A DNA stretch of 64,000 nt, from IMG/VR virus record IMGVR_UViG_3300036766_000678, positions 32,001 to 96,000 of that record, one strand, 5' to 3'. The DNA is from a virus. Positions within the stretch are counted from its first letter, which is position 1. Each line of letters begins with the position of its first letter. The position numbers were made by a program, and so were the translations under genes. Below are positions 16,531-25,512 of the stretch, piece after piece. The notes beneath the pieces were generated by a model that saw only the letters and a program-made list of their open reading frames with translations, had not been told where the DNA came from and ran no database searches.

Positions 16531-17900
16531 GGGATATTATTACCTACTTGACTTGTACCACCAAGTTGCAATTCTTCTATCTTTGAAATCACCCCATCCA
16601 CAGAAAGTGTAGCAAAAGCATCTGCTGAGTAACGACTCAAATTAAGAGCAAATTTTGCAAATCCTTTGTTCCCATTTTTCTTGAAATCTTCGAGGTTTTC
16701 AATAACAAAACTAAAAGCTCCTGATACTTCCTTTAAAGGTTGTGAACTTAAACCCAAATCTTCAGGGGCAATATTTTTAGAATCCTCTTTAGCATCACGC
16801 GTACCTTGCAGATTCGAATGCGCGGTCATAAGCATGGGAAGACGTAAATCAAGAGCAGTGAGAGCAAGTTGTTGACTAATTTCGCTCATCTTTTCCCACA
16901 TTGGCATATTCCTTTTATCATTTGGCTGCATTCTACCGAAATGATCAATAAGAATTGCATCTACAGAACGAGTTTTATTTAGTTCTTTAACTTTATCAGA
17001 AATATAAGCAGCAGAGCTTGAAGTTAAAACCTCGTCATAGTAGATATTCTGCATAATAGGATTTACATGGTTTTTACAATCCTGCAAAAACTGCATCCAT
17101 TTTGTCTCCTCATCCAACGAGAGTTCTTTTGACTGAATACCAAGGAAAGGAATTTTAAGCTCTGTAGCAGCTACTCTCGCATGAAAAGTTTCCCTGCTAT
17201 CTTCATTTGAATGAAAATAAACAAACAAACCACGTTTGGCCAAATTCACGGCTATACATTTTAAAAGAGTACTTTTAAATCCCTTCCAAGGAGCAATAAT
17301 TAAATAAAGACTTCCTTTTGGAATTCCTTTCATAGTTTTATCTATACTGGGTATACCTAATCTAAGTCGTTCATAACGTTCTGGATGAATCTTATTATCA
17401 TCGTATTCCCATAATATCTTGTCGATATCAGCATCAAGAGTTCCAGATCTAACCACTTCTGTTTTAAACTTATTCTCAATAGTTACTAAAGATCGTTTAA
17501 GTTCCTCAATGGATTTGTCTACCTTACGTTCCGAAAGTGTCTCAACACTACGACGAAGTGCATGTTCAACAAGTGCCTGTTTATGATATTGGAAAAGTTG
17601 GTCACATAAGAAATTTATATCTGTATCTAGGGGTTCTAATTGAAGTTCATTGAATAATACTGTAATGGATTGCTGTAAATCTTCAGAAATAGTAGTAGAT
17701 TGTTTTAAGAGTCCTGCAAGCTCTGTGGCAGATAAAAGAGATCCATAATTACTGGTGAAATAATTTGATATAGTATAAAGCTTACCTGCTGTTTTCCATT
17801 GAAAAAAACCTTCATCTATTCCCCTTTGTTGGGAAATAGAAGCAACTTGAAGATCTTTTAGAATATGGGTAAGAAATTTACGTTCTAGTTGTTGATCCAA
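16527..17900 (-). CDS. DnaB-like replicative helicase (TTG start)
   Basis: LRLGIPSIDKTMKGI..GSLYLIIAPWKGFKSTLL, FHSNED, ILIDHFGRM, LPMLMTAH, NLSRY. Confidence 0.8.
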   Translation of the reverse strand: MDQQLERKFLTHILKDLQVASISQQRGIDEGFFQWKTAGKLYTISNYFTSNYGSLLSATELAGLLKQSTTISEDLQQSITVLFNELQLEPLDTDINFLCDQLFQYHKQALVEHALRRSVETLSERKVDKSIEELKRSLVTIENKFKTEVVRSGTLDADIDKILWEYDDNKIHPERYERLRLGIPSIDKTMKGIPKGSLYLIIAPWKGFKSTLLKCIAVNLAKRGLFVYFHSNEDSRETFHARVAATELKIPFLGIQSKELSLDEETKWMQFLQDCKNHVNPIMQNIYYDEVLTSSSAAYISDKVKELNKTRSVDAILIDHFGRMQPNDKRNMPMWEKMSEISQQLALTALDLRLPMLMTAHSNLQGTRDAKEDSKNIAPEDLGLSSQPLKEVSGAFSFVIENLEDFKKNGNKGFAKFALNLSRYSADAFATLSVDGVISKIEELQLGGTSQVGNNIP

Positions 17901-17918
17901 ATGGATACCTCTAGGTAT

Positions 17919-17947
17919 ACTATACAGGGAACTACAAGATTTGTCAA
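17919..17947 (-). promoter_or_regulatory. sigma70-type promoter for the DnaB-like gene
   Basis: TTGACA-17 nt-TATAGT. Confidence 0.75.
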
Positions 17948-17989
17948 GACTGTCTGCTTATTACGAATACAAAAGATAAAACAAATTAT

Positions 17990-18871
17990 TTACGACAAAT
18001 CATTACTGTCACGAAATCCAATAAAAACAGGGAATCTAGGAGCAATTAGGGCTCCTGCTGCTTGAAACTTATACTTAACAAGTAATTTAGAATACTTCTT
18101 TCTATGATCCCAAATCTCTTGCCGTAAAACATCATCAAAACCAGTGCCAATCTTAAATTCCACCTTTGTCTTAATATCCCTCACCTGCAATGCCCCTAAT
18201 GTTCCTGTCTTAATCATATTCTCTTGGTGAGAAGATCGTTTAGTGCGTCCTAGTTCATCCTTCATGGCTTCATTGGCATTGTGTTCTCTTTCCTCAAAAT
18301 CTAATATTTCTGCTTCGCTATCCGTAAATCGTTTGATTTTTTGAAGGTAGCCTTCTCTTGCTGTACTTCTACCACACTTATAAGGACTTGAAGCTGTTCT
18401 AATCATGATACCCTCGAATCCCTTTTTAACACACTTATTTTCATAAGATAAAAGAGCAGAAAGTGATGTTAACTCTACTGGCAATAATTTAACACAGAAA
18501 TCTGGTAATTCAAGCTTTTCCAATTCATCCATTCGTTCATTATAGGGTTTATCTAACTCACCCGAAACATAATCAAACACGTAGTACCGGAAATCTGGCT
18601 CCCCACTTACACTCATTACAGCGGAAGCAACCTCATTGAATTCCTTCCCCTCAAGGATAAGTTCCCCATCTAATCCATCAGGAAGTTCCATTTGATGTAA
18701 TTGGTCTTGGATATATCTATTTGGAATAAGCTTAAAATTCCTAGATACCGCTTGCCCATCCATTATAAGACACCGGATGCCATCCAATTTTTGTGTGCCC
18801 AATACTGGGAATTTAATAGCATCCATGCTCTCTACACTACAGGCGAGCATTGGCTTAGTTATTTTATTCAT
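17990..18871 (-). CDS. minimal ATP-dependent DNA ligase
   Basis: QKLDGIRC (motif I), LDGEL, YYVFD, EGIMIR, KIKRF, OB domain GTGF..PRFPVF. Confidence 0.93.
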   Translation of the reverse strand: MNKITKPMLACSVESMDAIKFPVLGTQKLDGIRCLIMDGQAVSRNFKLIPNRYIQDQLHQMELPDGLDGELILEGKEFNEVASAVMSVSGEPDFRYYVFDYVSGELDKPYNERMDELEKLELPDFCVKLLPVELTSLSALLSYENKCVKKGFEGIMIRTASSPYKCGRSTAREGYLQKIKRFTDSEAEILDFEEREHNANEAMKDELGRTKRSSHQENMIKTGTLGALQVRDIKTKVEFKIGTGFDDVLRQEIWDHRKKYSKLLVKYKFQAAGALIAPRFPVFIGFRDSNDLS

Positions 18872-18889
18872 TATTTATCATCCTCAAGC

Positions 18890-19720
18890 CTATCTGTTTT
18901 TCCAAAATTCCTTTACTTCTTTGGCTGTTTTCTTAACATGATCTGGCAAAGATAAAGGTCGCATATTTTTATAATTAACTGCTTTAAGGAATTGTTTCCT
19001 ATCCGTAAGATCAAACTTAAACAATGCTATCTTATGGTCTAAATCCCAGATCTTGCCCCAATTGGCCCAAGTCATGCCTCGTTTAAATTTCTTTTCTATA
19101 TACTTTATAAAGAACTCTATTGAACAGCCGAGATCTCTTACTGCGGAACCAGTCTTTTGCTTATTTTTAATTGCCAACCCAAGTCTAGATCGAAGATAAA
19201 CTCTCAGTTTATATTGCAAATCTGTTTTTCGACGAAAAGCTGAACGTTTACATGCTTGAATTCTTATTTTCTTTTTATTCCAACGTTTTTTAGTTTTTCT
19301 AATCCGTTTGATATTATCCCGTCTCCATTTTTGTTCTCTTATTCTTATTTGATCTCTATGTTTGGCTTGATATGTCCTAGCGATTTTTATATACTCTAAT
19401 CTATGACGATGGTAGGATTTTCTGCCTCTTTTTCGTACAAGTCTCTTGTGTTTGTCTCTGTATCTCTTAGACCATAATCTTGCACATTCTAAGCAACAGC
19501 CATTCCATTTATTTCTACCAACAACAGAGACATCATGCCCTTGTAGACAAAATTGTTTTCTTGGTTTTGAAATATGCCCTTCTTTTATTTTTTGTCTAAA
19601 TTTTTTAGCCCTTATTTTCTTACATTTTTTACATTCCCCATTAGCTTTATCTCGTCCATATATAAATGTATTATGACCATTTATACAAAATCTCTTTTTC
19701 TTTCTAATTCTTCTTTTCAT
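18890..19720 (-). CDS. HNH-type homing endonuclease with two zinc-finger modules
   Basis: FCINGH..GR..CKKC, FCLQGH..GR..CLEC; WDLDHKIAL..FDLTD..NYKNMRPL..DHVKK. Confidence 0.8.
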   Translation of the reverse strand: MKRRIRKKKRFCINGHNTFIYGRDKANGECKKCKKIRAKKFRQKIKEGHISKPRKQFCLQGHDVSVVGRNKWNGCCLECARLWSKRYRDKHKRLVRKRGRKSYHRHRLEYIKIARTYQAKHRDQIRIREQKWRRDNIKRIRKTKKRWNKKKIRIQACKRSAFRRKTDLQYKLRVYLRSRLGLAIKNKQKTGSAVRDLGCSIEFFIKYIEKKFKRGMTWANWGKIWDLDHKIALFKFDLTDRKQFLKAVNYKNMRPLSLPDHVKKTAKEVKEFWKNR

Positions 19721-19984
19721 TTATTCTTCATCTTCGTCATGAATATGTTCGTGATCTGGAGTATGAAAATCAGCTATCTCTTCATCATCCATTTGGACAA
19801 TAAAAAATTCTCCACTATAAAAAATCTTAGTTTTAATTGAAGTATCCGACCATACTCTATTGCACTCCAAAACGCCAGAAGGTCCTACACGCACATCTTC
19901 TGCAACCATCATGTCATCCTGCCTTTTCTGAAGCTCCGTATTTAATAAAAAAAATTCTATATAAACGTGTTGGAACAATATCAT
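19721..19984 (-). CDS. hypothetical acidic protein
   Basis: ORF track; true start uncertain. Confidence 0.45.
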   Translation of the reverse strand: MILFQHVYIEFFLLNTELQKRQDDMMVAEDVRVGPSGVLECNRVWSDTSIKTKIFYSGEFFIVQMDDEEIADFHTPDHEHIHDEDEE

Positions 19985-20003
19985 CAGTCATTTTAGGTTC
20001 TCC

Positions 20004-20210
20004 TCATTCTATTTCTTCGTCAATTAATCTAATAAAGCTCACATTAGTTAATGGAAATATAGTGATATGCTCACTTCCATCACCATCTTCTCTAAATGTT
20101 ACCCAAGCACATCCATTCCTAAACTTTAAACTAACTAATTCATCTGATAATTCAGAGGAATCATGGCCATTTAAAAATACTTGAATTACCTTAATTGTTT
20201 TCTTATTCAT
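20004..20210 (-). CDS. hypothetical protein
   Basis: ORF track. Confidence 0.5.
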   Translation of the reverse strand: MNKKTIKVIQVFLNGHDSSELSDELVSLKFRNGCAWVTFREDGDGSEHITIFPLTNVSFIRLIDEEIE

Positions 20211-20211
20211 A

Positions 20212-22326
20212 TTATTCGCTATCGTATTTCAATAAAAAATTTGGATTTATGGCCTTGAACGAGAGCCTTCCGTATAGCTCTTCTTCATATTCCTCAACTA
20301 ACGGGCGCAACACAATTCCTTCTCTATGAATATCTTTATTCAATAAACTTTTCCCCTTTGAAAATTCTACAAGTTCATCAACGGTTTTAGGTAAAAGAAA
20401 ATCTTCTGAAATAATTGGCACAGTTTCTAATCCTAATAATTTGGCTACCTTTATAAATTCATCATAACATAAATATTGCCTCTTGTCAATATCAAATATA
20501 TTAAAAAGTTTTAGGGTTAGCCCAGATAACTTGTATTTGTTGCCCTGACAACCCATGCCAATCAACTCACCCTGCAATCCAAGATTATACCCATATAACT
20601 TTAATTTGCTTTCAAGATCTAATTCTCTAGCCACTTTCCAATATGCATTTCCATCTGTCTCTTTTAGTTCTAAATTCCTTGAACAAACCCCAAACGTATT
20701 GTTATTCAGATAAACTGTCATAGAAGAGTTATGAACCAAAATACCATTAGCGATATAATTATGAGTAGTAGTTTCTAGATCATATCCAACTTTACCACAA
20801 ACAAACTTTTCATTACTTATATTTTTAATTTTTAAAACTTTAGAAGTAAAAGGTAATAATATTTCAGATCCACCTACAATCGGCTTATATTGTTCTTTTC
20901 TGTATTCCTCTGGAAGTTTATATCGCATACAAGGTACTATATAGGGTGAAATTGCTTTCCAAAAATTATTTAAAGATCCTTTCTTCCATAAAATATTTAT
21001 CTCCCAACCTTTATTATAATAAATAGAACAAGATACACCATACATTTCTTCTAATTTTTTTGCCAATCTTTCAACATCACTATTATTAAAGCCATTAGTA
21101 GAAAATCGTGCTCTATCATGCTGACCAAGATATTGCGAATTGTGTATTAAAGAACCATCATCCATATACCATTTAGCTACTGAGAAATCATCTATCCAGG
21201 AAAGATCTTGCGGTACAATCTTTTTTCCTTTAGGATACCATTTCTTTCGTAATTCATGCAGAGCATGATATGCTTTGGAATGAAAATTCATAACCTCACT
21301 ATTAAACTCGGTTACATGAATTGCTCTATTACCATAACAATTACCAAGTAACCTAATTATTTCCTCAGAATATTCAATATGTTCAGTTTTATGATTTTCA
21401 GTATATCTGCAACTTTCACTTCGTTTATCCATTACAAGACACCCATCCCCCAATAATCCTGATTCTATCGTATGAAAAGCTGTTAGATCAGGAGAAGTAG
21501 CATATGAAATTAAATTATCACCAATTCTTACTTTTTCTGCTAAAATTTCTCCTTGTTCCGTAAATATATTATGGTTTGGGGTAACTTTAAGAGTCCATAC
21601 TTTCTTACCTGCTCGTTTATAATGCGGGGGAGTATATCTTATTTCTAACCATTTTTCTTTTCTACCATTATTAAATCTTTTTATGACTTGTGTAGGAACT
21701 AAATTTCCCTGTTTATCCATACCAATTAAAGTAGGGTAAAGCTTCTTATTTACAATATCACCAATAGTACAATGTTTACCATCCCAAGTAGGTAGATATG
21801 TCTTATAACTAAAACAACCATCTAATTTTTCTGTAACATAAAAAGACTTTCCTCGATGCTTATCAAGTAACTGTGGAAAAGAATTTATTCTTTGTTCATC
21901 ACTTTTAAACATAAATTCAGGAAAAGAGCCTTTAGAAATTCCAGCTAACTGGGCTGGTATTTGAACTTCCCATTTTTGGATTTGGAGACATTCAGTAATG
22001 TTATCTCCTTCCTTAATTAACTCGACCATTTCAAGATGTTCCAGAGTATTTGTAAAAACAGACAGCGGAAGACACAAACCTTGACTAATCTGCTTCTTGA
22101 ATCGACGAGTTTTTACTCTATACCCACTATCCTTAAGAAGCTTAAAAGTTTCTGTTTGTGGGGTTACACTATCGACCTCAAGAAACACTACCAGATCTCC
22201 AACTTTAAATTCTCCCTTACCCACAACACAGTGCCAACCAAGGATTGTGGCTCGTTCAATACGATCCGCACCCTCTATAGGACTTATATCTAAAATGCGC
22301 TGAACTGACGCAAGTTTACGTTCCAT
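20212..22326 (-). CDS. ATP-dependent RNA ligase (DRB0094/Rnl2-like, N-terminal OB domain) interrupted by an intein
   Basis: RKLASVQRILDISPIEGADRIE, KSDEQRI, motif I TEKLDG|SS, LQGELIG, LFNIFD, REGIVLR, SFKAIN. Confidence 0.92.
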   Translation of the reverse strand: MERKLASVQRILDISPIEGADRIERATILGWHCVVGKGEFKVGDLVVFLEVDSVTPQTETFKLLKDSGYRVKTRRFKKQISQGLCLPLSVFTNTLEHLEMVELIKEGDNITECLQIQKWEVQIPAQLAGISKGSFPEFMFKSDEQRINSFPQLLDKHRGKSFYVTEKLDGCFSYKTYLPTWDGKHCTIGDIVNKKLYPTLIGMDKQGNLVPTQVIKRFNNGRKEKWLEIRYTPPHYKRAGKKVWTLKVTPNHNIFTEQGEILAEKVRIGDNLISYATSPDLTAFHTIESGLLGDGCLVMDKRSESCRYTENHKTEHIEYSEEIIRLLGNCYGNRAIHVTEFNSEVMNFHSKAYHALHELRKKWYPKGKKIVPQDLSWIDDFSVAKWYMDDGSLIHNSQYLGQHDRARFSTNGFNNSDVERLAKKLEEMYGVSCSIYYNKGWEINILWKKGSLNNFWKAISPYIVPCMRYKLPEEYRKEQYKPIVGGSEILLPFTSKVLKIKNISNEKFVCGKVGYDLETTTHNYIANGILVHNSSMTVYLNNNTFGVCSRNLELKETDGNAYWKVARELDLESKLKLYGYNLGLQGELIGMGCQGNKYKLSGLTLKLFNIFDIDKRQYLCYDEFIKVAKLLGLETVPIISEDFLLPKTVDELVEFSKGKSLLNKDIHREGIVLRPLVEEYEEELYGRLSFKAINPNFLLKYDSE
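20728..21816 (-). mobile_element. intein (363 aa) with LAGLIDADG endonuclease directly after the ligase KxDG motif
   Basis: Starts CFSYKTYLPTWDG, ends YDLETTTHNYIANGILVHN followed by Ser; SGLLGDG and WYMDDG motifs. Confidence 0.93.
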
Positions 22327-22329
22327 TAG

Positions 22330-22665
22330 TTAAATTGGCTCCACAACACGAATATTTTGCAATTGTCTTATATCATAAACTTCATCTGCAAATAGTCCAT
22401 GTTTTCCTTGAGGCAAAATACAAATAGAATCATCATACTTAACAAATCCCTCAAAGATTCCTCTTACAACTGTACCATCTTTTAATGAAATCTCTACAAA
22501 GGATTTCTTAGGAAACTTTTGAACTCTAACTCTAATCTGCTCAGCATATATTTGATTGAATTCCCTGGAGAGATCTTTGTATTCATCTGCATGAACCATT
22601 TTAGCAAGAAAATGCATTACAATAAAAAGAAGAATAAAACCAATGAGCATTCTTAAAAATTTCAT
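22330..22665 (-). CDS. secreted/membrane-anchored protein with Sm/LSm-like beta domain
   Basis: Hydrophobic N-terminus; VEISLKDGTVVRGIFEGF..I..IRQLQNIRVV. Confidence 0.5.
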   Translation of the reverse strand: MKFLRMLIGFILLFIVMHFLAKMVHADEYKDLSREFNQIYAEQIRVRVQKFPKKSFVEISLKDGTVVRGIFEGFVKYDDSICILPQGKHGLFADEVYDIRQLQNIRVVEPI

Positions 22666-22835
22666 TTTAAATTCTCCTTTTTAACGATCTCTTCAACCTG
22701 TCTATCAAACAGAATGAAGCTACATTTATAGCAAAAATAAAACTTATCTTCTCCATTTTTACACATCCAAGTACCTCTACATTTTGGACAAATTAAGTTA
22801 TATATCTCTGGCATTGTCACTTCGTATTTAGTCAT
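22662..22835 (-). CDS. zinc-ribbon protein (57 aa)
   Basis: Hand-translated, CPKC...CYKC; AGGAG SD; ATGA overlap with next gene. Confidence 0.6.
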   Translation of the reverse strand: MTKYEVTMPEIYNLICPKCRGTWMCKNGEDKFYFCYKCSFILFDRQVEEIVKKENLK

Positions 22836-22844
22836 TATATTCTC

Positions 22845-23285
22845 CTAATTCTTTAAAGCTTCCATATAAACATCATGAGCTTCTTGCTCCGTATTAAAAT
22901 ACCCCAAAGAATCCTGTTTTCCATTAATCATAATCTGCACTTGCCACTTATTCTTACCTTTATGCCAAGAAGCCCCTACTAGTCTCCCATTACTATGCTG
23001 TTTTCTGTTTTGTTGATTTTGTCTTGTAGTAGCAATTCTTAAATTATCTCGTTGATTGTTTAATCCATTTCCATCTTTATGATCTACTTCAAATCCTTTG
23101 GAAGGTTTACCAACAACAAGATGGTGAAGACGAATTGTTTTATGGCCCTCTTTTCTACTGGTGTGTCTTACAGCATAAAAAATATTATAGCTTTTTTGAG
23201 CATACCATTTTAAATGCCCTAAAACTTCGTAAACATCATCATCTACTAAAGCTATTTTACCTTGTGTTAATGTTATTTGTTTCAA
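22845..23285 (-). CDS. HNH-AP2 homing endonuclease
   Basis: RLHHLV..VDHKDGNGLNNQRDNLR..N; GASWHKGKNKWQVQI..LGYFNTEQEA. Confidence 0.92.
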   Translation of the reverse strand: MKQITLTQGKIALVDDDVYEVLGHLKWYAQKSYNIFYAVRHTSRKEGHKTIRLHHLVVGKPSKGFEVDHKDGNGLNNQRDNLRIATTRQNQQNRKQHSNGRLVGASWHKGKNKWQVQIMINGKQDSLGYFNTEQEAHDVYMEALKN

Positions 23286-23388
23286 TTATATACTCCTTTC
23301 CTTAATTCTTTTTATAACAAGATTTTATCCTTACCCCCGCTCGATGCTGGGTGGTGCAACAGCACCCCAGGGATAAGGGAAAGTCTAA

Positions 23389-23934
23389 TTACCGAGCCAA
23401 TCTACTAACTAGACGTTCAAGAGACTTAATCTGAGTATCTTGCTTTTCTAGCAGTCGTTCTTCATATGACTTGCCCAGTTTCAATACAATACGTGCTCCG
23501 AACATGAAGTTACGGCTATTATGAAACTCTTCACTTACATCATGAGCATCATGCCGATCAAAGGCATAAGTATTGAACGCCTGAAGCTGAACATACTTTC
23601 CATCATACAATCGAACAGCGGTGTCTACAACCAACTTCGCTGAATTATCAACTTGAGCATCAGTACCATTTTTTCCCGCAACTCCTTGAGGACCTGTTGC
23701 ACCATTTAAACCATCTTGACCTACTCCACCTTGCCCACCTTGGCCACCAACACCCCCAGGCTGACCTGGTTGCCCTGGTTGTCCTAGATTAGAACACCCA
23801 TTTCCTACGCCCTTATCATTACCGCAATTTGCTTTTGCCAGAGTGCCAACACTCATAACTAAAGCAATCATTATTACCAATTTCTTCATTTTATTTCCCC
23901 TTTGTGTTGTCATTGCTGGCTGAGACCAGTACAT
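23389..23934 (-). CDS. secreted collagen-like protein (likely start 23889, MKKLVIM)
   Basis: Signal peptide, about 14 Gly-X-Y triplets, beta-strand block, C-terminal coiled coil. Confidence 0.7.
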   Translation of the reverse strand: MYWSQPAMTTQRGNKMKKLVIMIALVMSVGTLAKANCGNDKGVGNGCSNLGQPGQPGQPGGVGGQGGQGGVGQDGLNGATGPQGVAGKNGTDAQVDNSAKLVVDTAVRLYDGKYVQLQAFNTYAFDRHDAHDVSEEFHNSRNFMFGARIVLKLGKSYEERLLEKQDTQIKSLERLVSRLAR

Positions 23935-24124
23935 CTACTATTATAATGGCATGTTTGAACTTCTCTTCACCTAGTTTGATTAGAGCATCAAATTCATCTT
24001 TAGAAAGCTTTTTTGGACTATGAACTTTATATGAGGGGACATTATATTCATGTGTCTTAGCCTCATGCCGCTGAAGAGCATATCTATTTTTTGGAAGAAT
24101 TTCACCACAAACACATTGAACCAT
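23891..24124 (-). CDS. small C2H2-like zinc-binding protein
   Basis: CVCG..LQRHEAKTH. Confidence 0.5.
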   Translation of the reverse strand: MVQCVCGEILPKNRYALQRHEAKTHEYNVPSYKVHSPKKLSKDEFDALIKLGEEKFKHAIIIVDVLVSASNDNTKGK

Positions 24125-24267
24125 TATTTAATCCCCGCTAAAAATCTTCGTGCTACTTCAGGAAGAATAATTCCCTTTAAAACTAAACGATCCATTACTG
24201 CTTCAATAGGATGAACAGTAGATACTGCCAAATCCAACAACTCTTCATAACCTCTTATAATTTCCAT
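24124..24267 (-). CDS. hypothetical protein (47 aa)
   Basis: Hand-translated MEIIRGYEELLDLAV...; AGGAG SD. Confidence 0.55.
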   Translation of the reverse strand: MEIIRGYEELLDLAVSTVHPIEAVMDRLVLKGIILPEVARRFLAGIK

Positions 24268-24347
24268 TTTCTCTCCTAAGTAAGTATACCATACTTATCA
24301 ACCAATTGCACCCCAAAATTTATTAAAGAACTTTTTGCTATTAATTA

Positions 24348-24376
24348 AGAATATCAGATTTTTAACTACTTGTCAA
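24348..24376 (-). promoter_or_regulatory. sigma70-type promoter
   Basis: TTGACA-17 nt-TATTCT with TG extension. Confidence 0.7.
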
Positions 24377-24379
24377 GGG

Positions 24380-25117
24380 TTATTTTTCAAGTAGTAAAAG
24401 AAGTCCCATTAGTCCTATTCCAAGAACTATAAAAACACATTGATAAATAGAGCTTTTACCATCATTCTTACAGTGTAATTCTGGAACTAAATTGGCCCCC
24501 CCTATATAAATAAAAGACCCTGCTGTAATAGGCAAAACAAACTGAGAAAAGGAAGCCATTTTAGATTGGCAAACAACTGCTAGGATAACCCCCAGAACAG
24601 CAAAAAGGGCACTTACAGCGTTAAATAATACAGCTTTGGCCCATGAATACCCCGCAGACAATAATACAGCGAAATCGCCAATCTCATGTGGAATCTCATG
24701 TAAGATAACAGCCAAGGTAGTAGTTATACCTATACGAATATCCACCATATAGGAAGCTCCAATCAATATTCCGTCAATTAAATTATGCACACTATCTGCT
24801 GCTAAAATAATCCTACCTACAGGTTTTATATGGGCATGTTCACATCCTCCATGTTGTTTCCAACGAAGAAATTTCTCAAACATAAAAGATCCAACAATAC
24901 CAGATAAAATTAAAAGTGAAGATCTACCTGAATGCTCCTTGCAATCGTAAACTTCTGGTACAATATGCAGAAAAGCATCTCCAAATAAAGAGCCTGTAGC
25001 AAAACTGATAAAGAAAAAGAGAAGATCATTGGTTGTAGATTTACGAAAAGGGAGAAGAACCAATCCTAAAAGAGAAAGACTACTGACAACGAGAGCACTT
25101 AAAAGTGGATATAGCAT
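24380..25117 (-). CDS. ZIP-family (ZupT-like) metal transporter
   Basis: SFATGSLFGDAFLHIVPE, His-rich loop, DSVHNLIDG, HEIPHEIGDFAVLL, multiple TM helices. Confidence 0.93.
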   Translation of the reverse strand: MLYPLLSALVVSSLSLLGLVLLPFRKSTTNDLLFFFISFATGSLFGDAFLHIVPEVYDCKEHSGRSSLLILSGIVGSFMFEKFLRWKQHGGCEHAHIKPVGRIILAADSVHNLIDGILIGASYMVDIRIGITTTLAVILHEIPHEIGDFAVLLSAGYSWAKAVLFNAVSALFAVLGVILAVVCQSKMASFSQFVLPITAGSFIYIGGANLVPELHCKNDGKSSIYQCVFIVLGIGLMGLLLLLEK

Positions 25118-25512
25118 TACTCTTCCTTCTTACCTTTCAAATCCCATTCCTTATACACACTTATGTACCCAACCCACATATGGGAAATTGGCTGATCAGA
25201 AGGTTCCATAACATTTCTATATTCAACTCCAAAAGTAATAGGTGCAATAAATGTTTTATTTCTTATCCCCATGGACATATTTTCAATATTAGCTATGTCT
25301 ATTTGTTGGAACTTAGAAAAAGATAAATAAGGTTCAATCCATGGTGCCCCAACAAAACGTACTCCTTGAGTAATATCCATAGACATATTAAAATTATCTG
25401 CATTAGACACCCTATCAAATCTCCCATCCATACTGCCTTTCATATCAAGAATATCCAATGGGCCAGCAAATAAAGGGGAAGTTAGAAATAATAGCAATAA
25501 TAATTTTTTCAT
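25117..25512 (-). CDS. secreted beta-strand protein, possible outer-membrane barrel
   Basis: Signal peptide (..PLFA-G); amphipathic strands (EPYLSF, TFGVEY, VGYISVYKEW). Confidence 0.5.
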   Translation of the reverse strand: MKKLLLLLFLTSPLFAGPLDILDMKGSMDGRFDRVSNADNFNMSMDITQGVRFVGAPWIEPYLSFSKFQQIDIANIENMSMGIRNKTFIAPITFGVEYRNVMEPSDQPISHMWVGYISVYKEWDLKGKKEE

